Part shown: positions 9,221-18,658 of the stretch, piece after piece
Layout of the letters: every line of letters begins with the position of its first letter
How positions within the stretch are numbered: the first letter of the stretch is position 1
From: a virus
Direction: 5' to 3' (one strand)
Virus record (IMG/VR): IMGVR_UViG_3300005805_000050
Span: 1 to 64,000 of that record
Length of the DNA stretch: 64,000 nucleotides
Notes under the pieces: model-generated
What the model was told of the DNA's origin: nothing
The model's input: only the letters and a program-made list of their open reading frames with translations
Databases searched by the model: none
Made by a program: the position numbers and the translations under genes

Positions 9221-10900
9221 ATGGCAAATTTAGTTCAAAACTTACTTTCCGAGTCTGCGAACACTGCCTTTGCTGATCAACAGGGCGTCGCAACCCGTTT
9301 AGCAAAGAAGTGGCAGAAGTCCGGATTACTAGAAGGCCTACAAGACTACGATAAGACCGGCATGGCCGTTCTTCTCGAGAACCAAGCTAAACAGCTTGTT
9401 GTAGAATCTTCTCAAACCAACGGTGGTCTTAACACCGGTGGCTCAACCTTTACTCCTGGCACTGGCGAACAGTGGGCAGGTGTAGCTCTTCCGCTCGTGC
9501 GCAAGATCCTGGGTCAAATAGCTGCAAAAGAGTTCGTTAGCGTTCAGCCGATGAACCTTCCTGCAGGCTTAGTGTTCTATTTGGATTTCCAATACGGAGC
9601 AAATAAGACCCCTTTTGCAGACGGCAATTCCTTATACGGTACGCCTTCTGCTAACTTCGGTAACCAAGCAGCTGGTGCCCTCTACGGCGCTGGTCGTTTC
9701 GGCTACTCCCTGAACCAGTTCAGTGCTTCCGTATCTGCGTCTATCGCAGCTTCCGGTTCCGCAACTTGGGCTCAAGTAAACTTCGATACCGCTTATTCTT
9801 CATCCGCAATTGCTGGTGCAATCTCCAGAGTTCAGGTTCCTACCTCCTCTCTGTCTGCTTCCATCAACGAATACGGTGTTAGAAGCTTTATCTTAGCTTC
9901 CGGTTCAACAGTAACAGCCGCTGACAACTTACAGCAGTTTACAGAACTTTCTGCAAGCGCAGGTGGCACATACGTAGTATTCTACCTCAACAAGAGAGTT
10001 GCTCCTTTCGCTGCTCCTGCAGGTACCGCATCTTACGATGTGTACTTCAGCAAAGCTACTGATTTCAACACTCGTGGTGATTTCGAAGACCGTACTGGCA
10101 ATCCTTCTGTACCGAACTCGCTTTCCGCTACATCTATCGTTATCCCAGAGATTAACGTTCAGATGAAGTCTCAGACCGTGTCTGCAAAGACTCGTAAGCT
10201 GAAGGCTCAGTGGACTCCTGAATTCGCTCAGGACCTGAATGCATACCACTCTCTCGACGCAGAAGCCGAATTGACTGGCATCCTTTCCGAGCACATCTCT
10301 CTTGAGATCGACCTCGAAGTGCTTGACATGTTGATTTCTCAGGCTCCTACAGTTGAATACTGGTCTGCTACAGTTGGTAAGCAAATCAACGCCGGCGCAA
10401 CTGGCTTTGATACCAACACAGCTGGTGTATACTACACTCAGATGACATGGTTCCAGACTCTGGGTATCAAACTGCAGAAAGTTTCCAACATCATCCACCA
10501 GCGTACGCTGCGTGGCGGTGCTAACTTCATGGTTGTATCTCCTACCGTTGCAACTATCCTCGAGTCCATCCCTGGATTCGCTGCTGATAGCGACGGCGCA
10601 GCAGACAACATGAAGTATGCTTTCGGTGTACAGAAGATTGGTGCTCTTAACAGCCGCTACAAAGTTTACAAAAACCCTTACATGACTGAGAACGTAATCC
10701 TTCTTGGTCTCAAGGGCTCTGCATTCCTTGAGTGCGGCGCGGTTTACTCACCTTATGTACCGCTCATCATGACGCCTCTGGTGTACGATCCTAATACCTT
10801 CACGCCTCGTAAAGGTATCATGACTCGCTACGCCATGACAATGCTGCGTCCTGAGTTCTACGGTTTAGTACTGGTATCAGACCTGACAACAGCTCTCTAA
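9221..10900 (+). CDS. Major capsid protein (T4 gp23-like)
   Basis: KWQKSGLLEG, EFVSVQPMNLPAGLVFYLDF, KTRKLKAQWTPEFAQDLNAYHSLDAEAELT, PYVPL, FTPRKGIMTRYA. Strongly optimised codons; terminator follows. Confidence 0.97.
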   Translation: MANLVQNLLSESANTAFADQQGVATRLAKKWQKSGLLEGLQDYDKTGMAVLLENQAKQLVVESSQTNGGLNTGGSTFTPGTGEQWAGVALPLVRKILGQIAAKEFVSVQPMNLPAGLVFYLDFQYGANKTPFADGNSLYGTPSANFGNQAAGALYGAGRFGYSLNQFSASVSASIAASGSATWAQVNFDTAYSSSAIAGAISRVQVPTSSLSASINEYGVRSFILASGSTVTAADNLQQFTELSASAGGTYVVFYLNKRVAPFAAPAGTASYDVYFSKATDFNTRGDFEDRTGNPSVPNSLSATSIVIPEINVQMKSQTVSAKTRKLKAQWTPEFAQDLNAYHSLDAEAELTGILSEHISLEIDLEVLDMLISQAPTVEYWSATVGKQINAGATGFDTNTAGVYYTQMTWFQTLGIKLQKVSNIIHQRTLRGGANFMVVSPTVATILESIPGFAADSDGAADNMKYAFGVQKIGALNSRYKVYKNPYMTENVILLGLKGSAFLECGAVYSPYVPLIMTPLVYDPNTFTPRKGIMTRYAMTMLRPEFYGLVLVSDLTTAL

Positions 10901-10920
10901 CCAAGTCTCTAGACTAAAAT

Positions 10921-10949
10921 AAAAAGCCCGCCCGTAAGCGGGCTTTTTT
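10921..10949 (+). terminator. Intrinsic terminator after major capsid gene
   Basis: AAAAAGCCCGC-ccgtaa-GCGGGCTTTTTT. Confidence 0.9.
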
Positions 10950-10965
10950 ATTGTCCCTACTGAAC

Positions 10966-10973
10966 ATATTTAT
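10966..10973 (+). promoter_or_regulatory. ATATTTAT motif (putative late promoter)
   Basis: Just after the MCP terminator, before GTG 10990. Confidence 0.7.
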
Positions 10974-10989
10974 ATCAAAACGAAATAGC

Positions 10990-12156
10990 GTGGCAAATCC
11001 GGCAATATACGATGGCACTCCAATACCAATATCGGGATCAACCCCATTTGGATTCTACGACAATGATTCTACATTCCAAGCCGATGGACCAAAAGTAGCT
11101 AATTACATAGCCAGAAAATTGGGATACGGAGTCATGGACGTTGAATTGGATGATCTAAACATCTATGCGTGTTTTGAAGAATCCGTATCGATATACTCAG
11201 AAGAACTTTATCAATTAAAGATAAAGGACAATTACATAAACTTAGAAGGTTCAGCTACGTCTTCACTATTGAACAACACAGTAGTTAGTCCAAATCTAAC
11301 GAACGTCATAAGCATATCAGACACCTACGGCACTATGGCAGGTGTAGGAGGAACAGTAGAGTGGTATAGCGGATCCTTACAACTACTGCCAGACGTACAA
11401 GTCTACGACATGCAACAGTGGGCAATAGAATCTGCGAGCTTGAGCCCTTCCGATAGAATTGTAATAAAACGCATATTCTACGAGTCAAACCCCGCAATAA
11501 ACCAATACTACGATCCATACATAGGCGGTTCAATAAACTACCAAGGAGCAACGGAAAATTTTGGATGGGCATCTTATTCCCCCGGTCTGAATTTCGTACT
11601 GTTCCCAGTTTATTGGGACATTCAGAGGATTCAAGAGATAGAAATGTCCAACGCTGTTAGAAGATCTGCATTTACTTTCGAACTCATAAATAACAAACTT
11701 AGAATATTTCCAAGACCGCAAAATTCTGGATATGTTCTGTGGTTCCAATATTCAAAGCTTAGCGAACAATCAAGCGCGGCGTCTGCAAGTTTTTACGGAA
11801 ACAATCAAGGGCTAATAAGCAATCCTTCGAATGTTCCCTATGGAACCATAACCTATTCCCAAATAAACCATCCAGGAAGACAGTGGATTTACGAATACAC
11901 GTTAGCTCTAGCTATGGAATTGCTTGGATTGATAAGAGGAAAATATGGATCTATCCCCATCCCTGGAGCAGAGGTTTCTTTGAACGGAGCAGATTTAATT
12001 AGTAGCGGTAAGGAAAGACAAGCTTCTCTTAGAGAAAAACTAAGACAAGATTTTGAAGACATGAGTAGAAAAGCCCAATTGGAAAGAAAACAAACGGAAA
12101 ATCAGGCACTCAATGATACTTTAGGTAATATACCCCTTGTAATTTACATAGGATAA
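10990..12156 (+). CDS. Neck / head-tail adaptor protein (gp13-like)
   Basis: ARKLGYGVMDVELDD, WIYEYTLALAMELLGLIRGKY, VSLNGADL. The probable start is GTG 10990, because the ORF-track start at 10951 overlaps the terminator tail and lies upstream of the ATATTTAT motif. Confidence 0.75.
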   Translation: MANPAIYDGTPIPISGSTPFGFYDNDSTFQADGPKVANYIARKLGYGVMDVELDDLNIYACFEESVSIYSEELYQLKIKDNYINLEGSATSSLLNNTVVSPNLTNVISISDTYGTMAGVGGTVEWYSGSLQLLPDVQVYDMQQWAIESASLSPSDRIVIKRIFYESNPAINQYYDPYIGGSINYQGATENFGWASYSPGLNFVLFPVYWDIQRIQEIEMSNAVRRSAFTFELINNKLRIFPRPQNSGYVLWFQYSKLSEQSSAASASFYGNNQGLISNPSNVPYGTITYSQINHPGRQWIYEYTLALAMELLGLIRGKYGSIPIPGAEVSLNGADLISSGKERQASLREKLRQDFEDMSRKAQLERKQTENQALNDTLGNIPLVIYIG

Positions 12157-12157
12157 T

Positions 12158-12649
12158 ATGGCACTATTTGGATCAAACAGAGACATATCAACTTTTCGAG
12201 GCATAACTAGAGAGCTGTTAGAGAACATCATATCTCAAAACTGTGGATACTACAAGTTAAAACTAAGCGATAGTAAGATCAACGTATACGGAGAAGCTCC
12301 GCAAAAGTATTTCATAGGTCCAGTCCTATTAACTTGCATGATAGAAAGAGGAGATTTTAGCACAGAACGAATAGATTTTGGTCCTGAAACAAAGAGATCA
12401 AACGTGTTTAGGTTTCTAAAGTATCATTTAGAGCAAGCAAACGTAGTACCCGAAGTTGGAGACGTAGTGATGTATAACGAAGACTATTACGAAGTCGATA
12501 ACGTAAATGAGAACCAGCTAATAGTGGGTAAAGATAATACTTATGCGTACGAAGACGGCCTAGAAAACTTTGGAAATTCTTATTCAATAATACTGCAAAC
12601 TCACCTCACGAATCCGGAAAGTTTAGGCATAACTCAAGCTAGATTGTAA
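12158..12649 (+). CDS. Neck / head closure protein (gp14-like)
   Basis: Position after gp13-like gene; NVYGEA, PEVGDVVMYNEDYYEVDNV. Confidence 0.65.
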   Translation: MALFGSNRDISTFRGITRELLENIISQNCGYYKLKLSDSKINVYGEAPQKYFIGPVLLTCMIERGDFSTERIDFGPETKRSNVFRFLKYHLEQANVVPEVGDVVMYNEDYYEVDNVNENQLIVGKDNTYAYEDGLENFGNSYSIILQTHLTNPESLGITQARL

Positions 12650-12650
12650 A

Positions 12651-13925
12651 ATGGCACAAAAGACTAGACCTCGGAACAGACAGGAGTTTATGAGTAAGCT
12701 CAATGAGCCTTACGAATTAGCCAATTATCCCAATCCAAATGAAGTGTATACGGAACCTAAAAGGGCCGGAATGCCTGAAGTGGACCGTTCAAAACAAATA
12801 TCTTCTAGAAAGGATGCTGACACGAGCTTCAAAGTAGGAATACAAGACATCGATGAAGCCGTTATGTACTACTTTAATAACGTACTAAATCTCTCTGTGG
12901 TACAAAACGGTACCGCCGTGAAGGTTCCAATACTATACGGTAATCAAGAAAACTGGAAGAGCGTTCAGCTGGACGGATATTACAGGGACAAAGAAGCCAA
13001 ATTGATGGCTCCTCTTATAATGTTTAAGCGAGATTCTGTCACACAAAACAGGAATTTAGGCAATAAACTAGACGGCAATCACGTTCAAAACCTACAGTAT
13101 TTTGAAAAAAAATATTCTAAGAAGAATTACTACAGCAATTTTAATGTTCTAACAAACAGATCTCCCGAGAAAGAATACAAGGTTTCGGTGACCCCCGATT
13201 ACGTGACGGTGACCTATTCTTGTATGATGTGGACGACCTATATGGAACAAATGGATAATCTTATAGAGGCCATCAACTTCGCATCCAGGAGTTATTGGGG
13301 AGATCCCAATCGTTACCAATTCTATAGCTCTATAGAAAGCTTTACTGATGCGACTGAATACACCCAGGGAGACAATAGATTCGTAAAAACTAGCTTCAGT
13401 ATAACTATCAATGCGTACTTGATACCTGATAGTATAAACAAATACATAGCGAACGCAAACAAAGTATTCGGTCTATCAAGATTGATATTCGGTTTAGAGG
13501 CCACAAATAGTCCGCTAGAAACATTTACGTCCTCCAAAAAGACATCTAAAAAACCTCTTGGCTCTGTAGTAGCCTCAGATTCTACAAATGTGAATATAGT
13601 AAACAACGTATCAACGTCTGCCACCGTATTGAGTTATGTGGCTACAAACATTACAAAAAAGGCCACGTCGATCCCTGCACCTCACATCGCAAGATTCGCT
13701 GGCGCCGCAATACTTCAACCTCCGGATGGATCTGGATTACCTGCTACTACAGTGTACAATTTCAATTTCTTTATAAATGGACAATACATTCCGTCCTCTC
13801 AAATCACGTTGATAAATAACGGATCTGGGATAGATGCGGTATTTAACATAAACGAAAACACCGGAGGCCTAGGCTATAGATTAGAATCGACAGACGAAGT
13901 TATTGGAGTAGGAAAATGGGAATAA
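12651..13925 (+). CDS. Tail terminator / sheath stabiliser (gp15-like) with C-terminal extension
   Basis: IDEAVMYYF, KVPILYGNQENW, PDYVTVTYSCMMWT; position after the neck genes. Confidence 0.65.
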   Translation: MAQKTRPRNRQEFMSKLNEPYELANYPNPNEVYTEPKRAGMPEVDRSKQISSRKDADTSFKVGIQDIDEAVMYYFNNVLNLSVVQNGTAVKVPILYGNQENWKSVQLDGYYRDKEAKLMAPLIMFKRDSVTQNRNLGNKLDGNHVQNLQYFEKKYSKKNYYSNFNVLTNRSPEKEYKVSVTPDYVTVTYSCMMWTTYMEQMDNLIEAINFASRSYWGDPNRYQFYSSIESFTDATEYTQGDNRFVKTSFSITINAYLIPDSINKYIANANKVFGLSRLIFGLEATNSPLETFTSSKKTSKKPLGSVVASDSTNVNIVNNVSTSATVLSYVATNITKKATSIPAPHIARFAGAAILQPPDGSGLPATTVYNFNFFINGQYIPSSQITLINNGSGIDAVFNINENTGGLGYRLESTDEVIGVGKWE

Positions 13926-13926
13926 T

Positions 13927-14154
13927 ATGTCAAGATTAAAACTAAAACAAATACTGTCCAATTTGCAATACAACGCAAACACTAACCAGCTTATAGTGAG
14001 TGGTAGTGATAACGACCAACAACCCAATTTAATAATTAGTGGATCTGTGTACGTAGTGTCTACTAATACTGCAACTGGATCCGTAACAATAGAAGGCATA
14101 GATAATTTTGGTGATTCTGGAAGCTTCTACTCGGTTGATTTGGGAGAATACTAA
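13927..14154 (+). CDS. Small putative virion protein with SGS/TGS motifs
   Basis: 75 aa, tightly coupled to the upstream gene; four [ST]GS motifs. Confidence 0.55.
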   Translation: MSRLKLKQILSNLQYNANTNQLIVSGSDNDQQPNLIISGSVYVVSTNTATGSVTIEGIDNFGDSGSFYSVDLGEY

Positions 14155-14166
14155 TAAAAAATACAT

Positions 14167-14808
14167 ATGACACTAATCGATTTTTGGAATTATCACGACC
14201 CGCTTAACACATATCCAACAGATAAAGCGCGGGTGCACGACTACATACAGTTTAGCTATAGCCCAAAATTTAGTCACTTACAAAACGAACCCATAAAAAT
14301 ACTAGAAATTGGAGTGTTGCAGCTCCATTCGATGAGATTATGGAGAGATTATTTTGTAAATGCTGAAATATTTGGAATGGATAATAACAACGAAGAGGGA
14401 TTGTCCGATTCCCAGATGGAAAAATTCAGTGACTATAATTCGCAAATAAAGTATAGTGACGATTTAGTGCTCGGTACCCGAATATACTTGTGCAATGCAT
14501 ATTCTCAACCGGCATTAGATCTATTTGCAAACGATTACTTTGATTTCATAATAGACGATGGATGTCACGATTTGTGGGCTAACTTGTATACAGCAGAACA
14601 TTGGTTACAGAAAGTAAAACCTGGAGGCTACTTAATCATAGAAGACATACAAGATTTTAGCACCAATCACCTAACATTAGAAAAATTGAACGATGAAATG
14701 TGTTTAGAAAAATATGTTTTGGATAGGAGAGATTACCCTAACGCCACAAATAGAGTTCCGGGATCTTACAGGTGGGATAATGTTTTGATAGAGGCCAAGA
14801 GAAAGTAG
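14167..14808 (+). CDS. Class I SAM-dependent methyltransferase, sugar O-methyltransferase (MycE-like) type
   Basis: TDK..HDY, KILEIGV, FDFIIDDGCH, KPGGYLIIED. Confidence 0.75.
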   Translation: MTLIDFWNYHDPLNTYPTDKARVHDYIQFSYSPKFSHLQNEPIKILEIGVLQLHSMRLWRDYFVNAEIFGMDNNNEEGLSDSQMEKFSDYNSQIKYSDDLVLGTRIYLCNAYSQPALDLFANDYFDFIIDDGCHDLWANLYTAEHWLQKVKPGGYLIIEDIQDFSTNHLTLEKLNDEMCLEKYVLDRRDYPNATNRVPGSYRWDNVLIEAKRK

Positions 14809-14825
14809 GTTTACAATAAGCGGTC

Positions 14826-14833
14826 ATATTTAT
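14826..14833 (+). promoter_or_regulatory. ATATTTAT motif (putative late promoter)
   Basis: Intergenic, before fibre gene 14887. Confidence 0.65.
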
Positions 14834-14886
14834 TAGTGGCTATATAGCTGCTGTATTTTTAGTACATACTAATTGAGTGCTGACAT

Positions 14887-17800
14887 ATGTCAAATCAATA
14901 TTTGAAATTACGCAGGAGCTCTGTTCCTGGTAAAATACCGACCGTAGACGCCCTAGACTTTGGGGAGATAGCGCTCAACACGTATGACGGATTCGCCTTC
15001 ATGAAGAAGTCGGGATCCTACGGAGAAGAAATTGTACAAATAGGAGGCGTAGCTTCTAACGTAGGCAGCTTTACGGGATCCTTCTCTGGATCTATAGTAG
15101 GATCTGGAAATTTTACGGGTTCTTTTACAGGATCATTTACGGGATCTCTACTCGGATCGGCATCATACGCGCTTAGTTCGTCTAACGCGTTAACAGCGTC
15201 ATATGCCCTAAACGCAGGAGTAGCGAGCTCATTTCCATTTACGGGCTCAGCAAGAATCACCGGTTCTTTAGATCTCACCGGATCGATACTAGTCACTCAA
15301 TCTTATATATCCACCGTAGATTGGATCGATTTCACTGTTCAACCTGGCAACCCTCCGTTTTTGGAAGGTAGAGTCCACTGGACAGATGTATCAAAAACTC
15401 TGGAGTTGGACACCGATGTCAATAACTTCTCTATACCCGTGGGCCATGCTAGTGTGCTTAGAGGTAGAAACACCAACTCGTTTACTCTCACCAAGGGCAC
15501 GGTAGTATACATAAACGGCAACTCGGGTCAGTTTCCCACTCTTGCAACGGCAAGCTGGGAGAACGACCCAAATTCTGCTTACACCATAGGCATCGTAGCG
15601 CAGGACATAAACACCAACCAGTACGGCTACGCTGTAACCGACGGGGAGATTAGGGGCATAAACACCAACGCGTACGCTCCATCTACCCTATTGTACCTCT
15701 CTGCATCGGGACAATACACGGACCAAGTACCTGTAGCGCCTCTCCACACTGTTAGGTTGGGACAAGTGGTAGTGCAGTCCACCGACGGAATCATACAGGT
15801 AAAGATCGACAACGGCTACGAGCTCAACGAACTACACGACGTGCTCGCACAGACCACTTTCACGGGAGATTTATTAGTGAGAAGCGGAAGTTTGTGGATC
15901 AACTCTAAGCAGTTAACAGGATCTTATGGTTTAACAGGAAGTTTATCAATATCAGGATCAGGCATAATAGGAACTTCTAGTTTCGCTACCTCTGCGTCTT
16001 ACGCATTTAGCTCGTCGTATTCACTCAGCGCCTCATACGCCCAATCATCTTCCCACGCGATAACTTCCTCTTACGCTGTATCGGCTTCTAACTCATTAAC
16101 AGCCTCTTACAGCATAACGTCTTCGTACTCTGTAAGCTCATCATATTCAATATCGTCTTCCTTTGCTATTACTTCTTCATACGGAGTAACTGCATCTTAT
16201 TCGATAAGTTCTTCAAACGCTGTAACGTCCTCTTTTGCTACAAACGCATTAACTGCTTCTTACGTAAATCCTTTATCACAAAGCGTATTGATAACAGGAT
16301 CTTTAATCGTAACAGGCAGTGTAAGTACAAATTTTGGTTTCACTGGCAGTTTATTAGGTACGGCGTCATATGTAACTGGATCCATACACACTTCAACTAA
16401 TCCTGCGCTCAGCGCATCTTATGCATTAACATCGTCTTACTCAATAAGCTCATCTTATGCCGTAACTTCCTCAGCGGCCATTAGCTCATCTTATTCATTA
16501 ACTTCATCTTTTGTAGCTAATGCATTAACAGCGTCATACGTAAATCCTCTAAATCAAGGTACGGTGACTGTAAGCGGAAGTTTACAAGTGACTGGTAGCG
16601 CTAGTTTTACAGGATCTGTGAGTGTTACAGGAGGAGGATTTACAGGAAGTTTGTTTGGCACAGCATCATACGTAACGGGTTCTATACACACTTCTGCGAA
16701 TCCTGCGCTCAGCGCGTCGTATGCACTAACAGCGTCTTATGCCCAAAGCGCATCATACACAATATCGTCTTCTAATAGTTTAACTTCGTCGTATTCGATA
16801 TCTTCTTCTGCGGCGATTACATCTTCATATGCCTTAACGTCTTCATTCGTAGTTAATGCATTAACTGCATCCTATGTAAATCCTCTAAATCAAGGTGTTG
16901 TAACTGTAAGTGGAAGTTTACAAGTGACCGGTAGTGCTGGTTTTACAGGATCTGTGAACGTTGTAAACGGCGGATTTACAGGTAGCTTATTTGGTACAGC
17001 TTCGTATGTAACGGGTTCTATACACACTTCTACCAATCCTGCGCTTAGCGCGTCGTATGCTTTAACATCTTCTTACGCAGTAAGCGCGTCTTATGCTCTT
17101 ACATCTTCGTATTCGATATCATCATCGTATACACTAAGTGGATCTTATGCGTTGAGTTCCTCATACGCGTTTACGTCCTCTTACTCAATCACGTCTTCGT
17201 TAGCAACTTCAGCTTCATACGCAGCGACTGCATCGTTCTTAAATAGTTTAAGTCAAAGTTTAGTAATAACAGGATCTTTAATAGTTAGTGGATCTCCAAA
17301 TCCTGAGATACGCATAATAGGAGAAACCGAATTTACTGGATCTGTGAAATCCTTGAATGGATACACAGGATCACTATTTGGTACGGCGTCGTACGTAACG
17401 GGATCAATATTTACATCAACAAATCCTGCGCTATCCTCATCTTATGCATTAACAGCATCTTACGGGATATCATCGTCTTATGCACTTAGTTCTTCGTATG
17501 CACTTACTTCCTCTTATGGAATTACATCTTCGTACGGAATCACATCGTCCTATTCGATAAGTTCATCGTATTCGTTTAGTGGATCTTATGCTGTTACGGC
17601 ATCATACGCTCTTAACGGAGGAGGATCTTCTACGATAACCGTAGCTGATGAAGGAGACGCGAAAGGAACAGCCACATTTATAAATTTCGTAGGTTCGGGA
17701 GTAACAGCTACCGTATCCTCAAATACAGCATCCATCAATATCGACGGTGCTGGAGGGTCAGCTTTCCCCTACACAGGTTCCGCTAGAATTACTGGATCTC

Positions 17801-18657
17801 TAGATATCACTGGATCTTTGTATGTTAGTGGAACACTGTACGGCGATGGCAGTGGATTAACCAATCTAGGATTTGGAAACACACGTAAACTAATACAATC
17901 TGTAGCTGCAAATACGTGGTCATTTGCTCACAACATGGCTGAGCAGTATCCCGCGGTGACAGTATACGACAATAACAATAATGTAGTAGTTCCAGGTAAA
18001 ATTGAAGCTGTAGACTCTAATAACATAAAAGTCTATTTTGATAATGCCCAAGCAGGAACTCTAGTAACAGTTGTAGGAGGAAGAGTAGAAACAGGCAGCG
18101 TAGCGAAATATGTACAATCTAGTCCTTCGACTCTTTGGACATTCAATCACAATCTCGGAGAGAGGTACGCTATAATAAATGTGTTCAATGACACTGGAGA
18201 TGTAGTCATTCCTGGTAGAATAGAGACCGTAGACACTAATACTGCAAAAATACACTTTGACATAGCCCAGACAGGAACAGCCGCGGCTCACGTCGGTGGT
18301 ACAGCGTTAACCGCGTCTTTTGCAAACACGATTGTTGTAGGATCTACTTTATTAGAAACACAACAAAATAGCGATGTAGATACTGGAACTGAAATAGTGG
18401 CTACCGTTTATACTGGATCTTATGGAGCTGCGTTCTTTGACTATTACGTAAACGACGGCAGTAATTATCGTGCAGGTACAGTAATATCTACATGGAATAC
18501 ACTGGGAACAGCGACATATGTGGACAACTCAACAAACGATATTGGAAACACGGATGGAGTGATATTTATTGTAGATATCAATGGAGATACCGCAAGACTA
18601 AAAGCCACCGTAGACAGCAACAACTGGAACATAAAAACATTCGTAAGAGCAATATAG
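14887..18657 (+). CDS. Long tail fibre-like protein with Ser-rich repeats
   Basis: N-terminus LKLRRSSVPGKIP...GEIALNTYDG resembles the T4 gp37-type fibre N-terminus. Central xSSSYA and TGS repeats; two tandem W.F.HN...Y..V.V..D modules; C-terminal beta domain. Confidence 0.75.
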   Translation: MSNQYLKLRRSSVPGKIPTVDALDFGEIALNTYDGFAFMKKSGSYGEEIVQIGGVASNVGSFTGSFSGSIVGSGNFTGSFTGSFTGSLLGSASYALSSSNALTASYALNAGVASSFPFTGSARITGSLDLTGSILVTQSYISTVDWIDFTVQPGNPPFLEGRVHWTDVSKTLELDTDVNNFSIPVGHASVLRGRNTNSFTLTKGTVVYINGNSGQFPTLATASWENDPNSAYTIGIVAQDINTNQYGYAVTDGEIRGINTNAYAPSTLLYLSASGQYTDQVPVAPLHTVRLGQVVVQSTDGIIQVKIDNGYELNELHDVLAQTTFTGDLLVRSGSLWINSKQLTGSYGLTGSLSISGSGIIGTSSFATSASYAFSSSYSLSASYAQSSSHAITSSYAVSASNSLTASYSITSSYSVSSSYSISSSFAITSSYGVTASYSISSSNAVTSSFATNALTASYVNPLSQSVLITGSLIVTGSVSTNFGFTGSLLGTASYVTGSIHTSTNPALSASYALTSSYSISSSYAVTSSAAISSSYSLTSSFVANALTASYVNPLNQGTVTVSGSLQVTGSASFTGSVSVTGGGFTGSLFGTASYVTGSIHTSANPALSASYALTASYAQSASYTISSSNSLTSSYSISSSAAITSSYALTSSFVVNALTASYVNPLNQGVVTVSGSLQVTGSAGFTGSVNVVNGGFTGSLFGTASYVTGSIHTSTNPALSASYALTSSYAVSASYALTSSYSISSSYTLSGSYALSSSYAFTSSYSITSSLATSASYAATASFLNSLSQSLVITGSLIVSGSPNPEIRIIGETEFTGSVKSLNGYTGSLFGTASYVTGSIFTSTNPALSSSYALTASYGISSSYALSSSYALTSSYGITSSYGITSSYSISSSYSFSGSYAVTASYALNGGGSSTITVADEGDAKGTATFINFVGSGVTATVSSNTASINIDGAGGSAFPYTGSARITGSLDITGSLYVSGTLYGDGSGLTNLGFGNTRKLIQSVAANTWSFAHNMAEQYPAVTVYDNNNNVVVPGKIEAVDSNNIKVYFDNAQAGTLVTVVGGRVETGSVAKYVQSSPSTLWTFNHNLGERYAIINVFNDTGDVVIPGRIETVDTNTAKIHFDIAQTGTAAAHVGGTALTASFANTIVVGSTLLETQQNSDVDTGTEIVATVYTGSYGAAFFDYYVNDGSNYRAGTVISTWNTLGTATYVDNSTNDIGNTDGVIFIVDINGDTARLKATVDSNNWNIKTFVRAI
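15975..17612 (+). repeat. xSSSYA hexapeptide arrays with higher-order units
   Basis: The unit G[FY]TGSL[LF]GTASYVTGSI.TS.NPALS.SYALT starts at about 16336, 16636, 16972 and 17359. Confidence 0.85.
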
Positions 18658-18658
18658 C

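Noticed and set aside
10951-10989. ORF-track start of the neck protein at 10951
   Set aside because: It lies in the terminator tail, upstream of the ATATTTAT motif; GTG 10990 is the better start.
14835-14872. Two small hairpins in the leader of fibre gene 14887
   Set aside because: The stems are 7 bp (two G-U) and 5 bp, too weak to call without covariation data.
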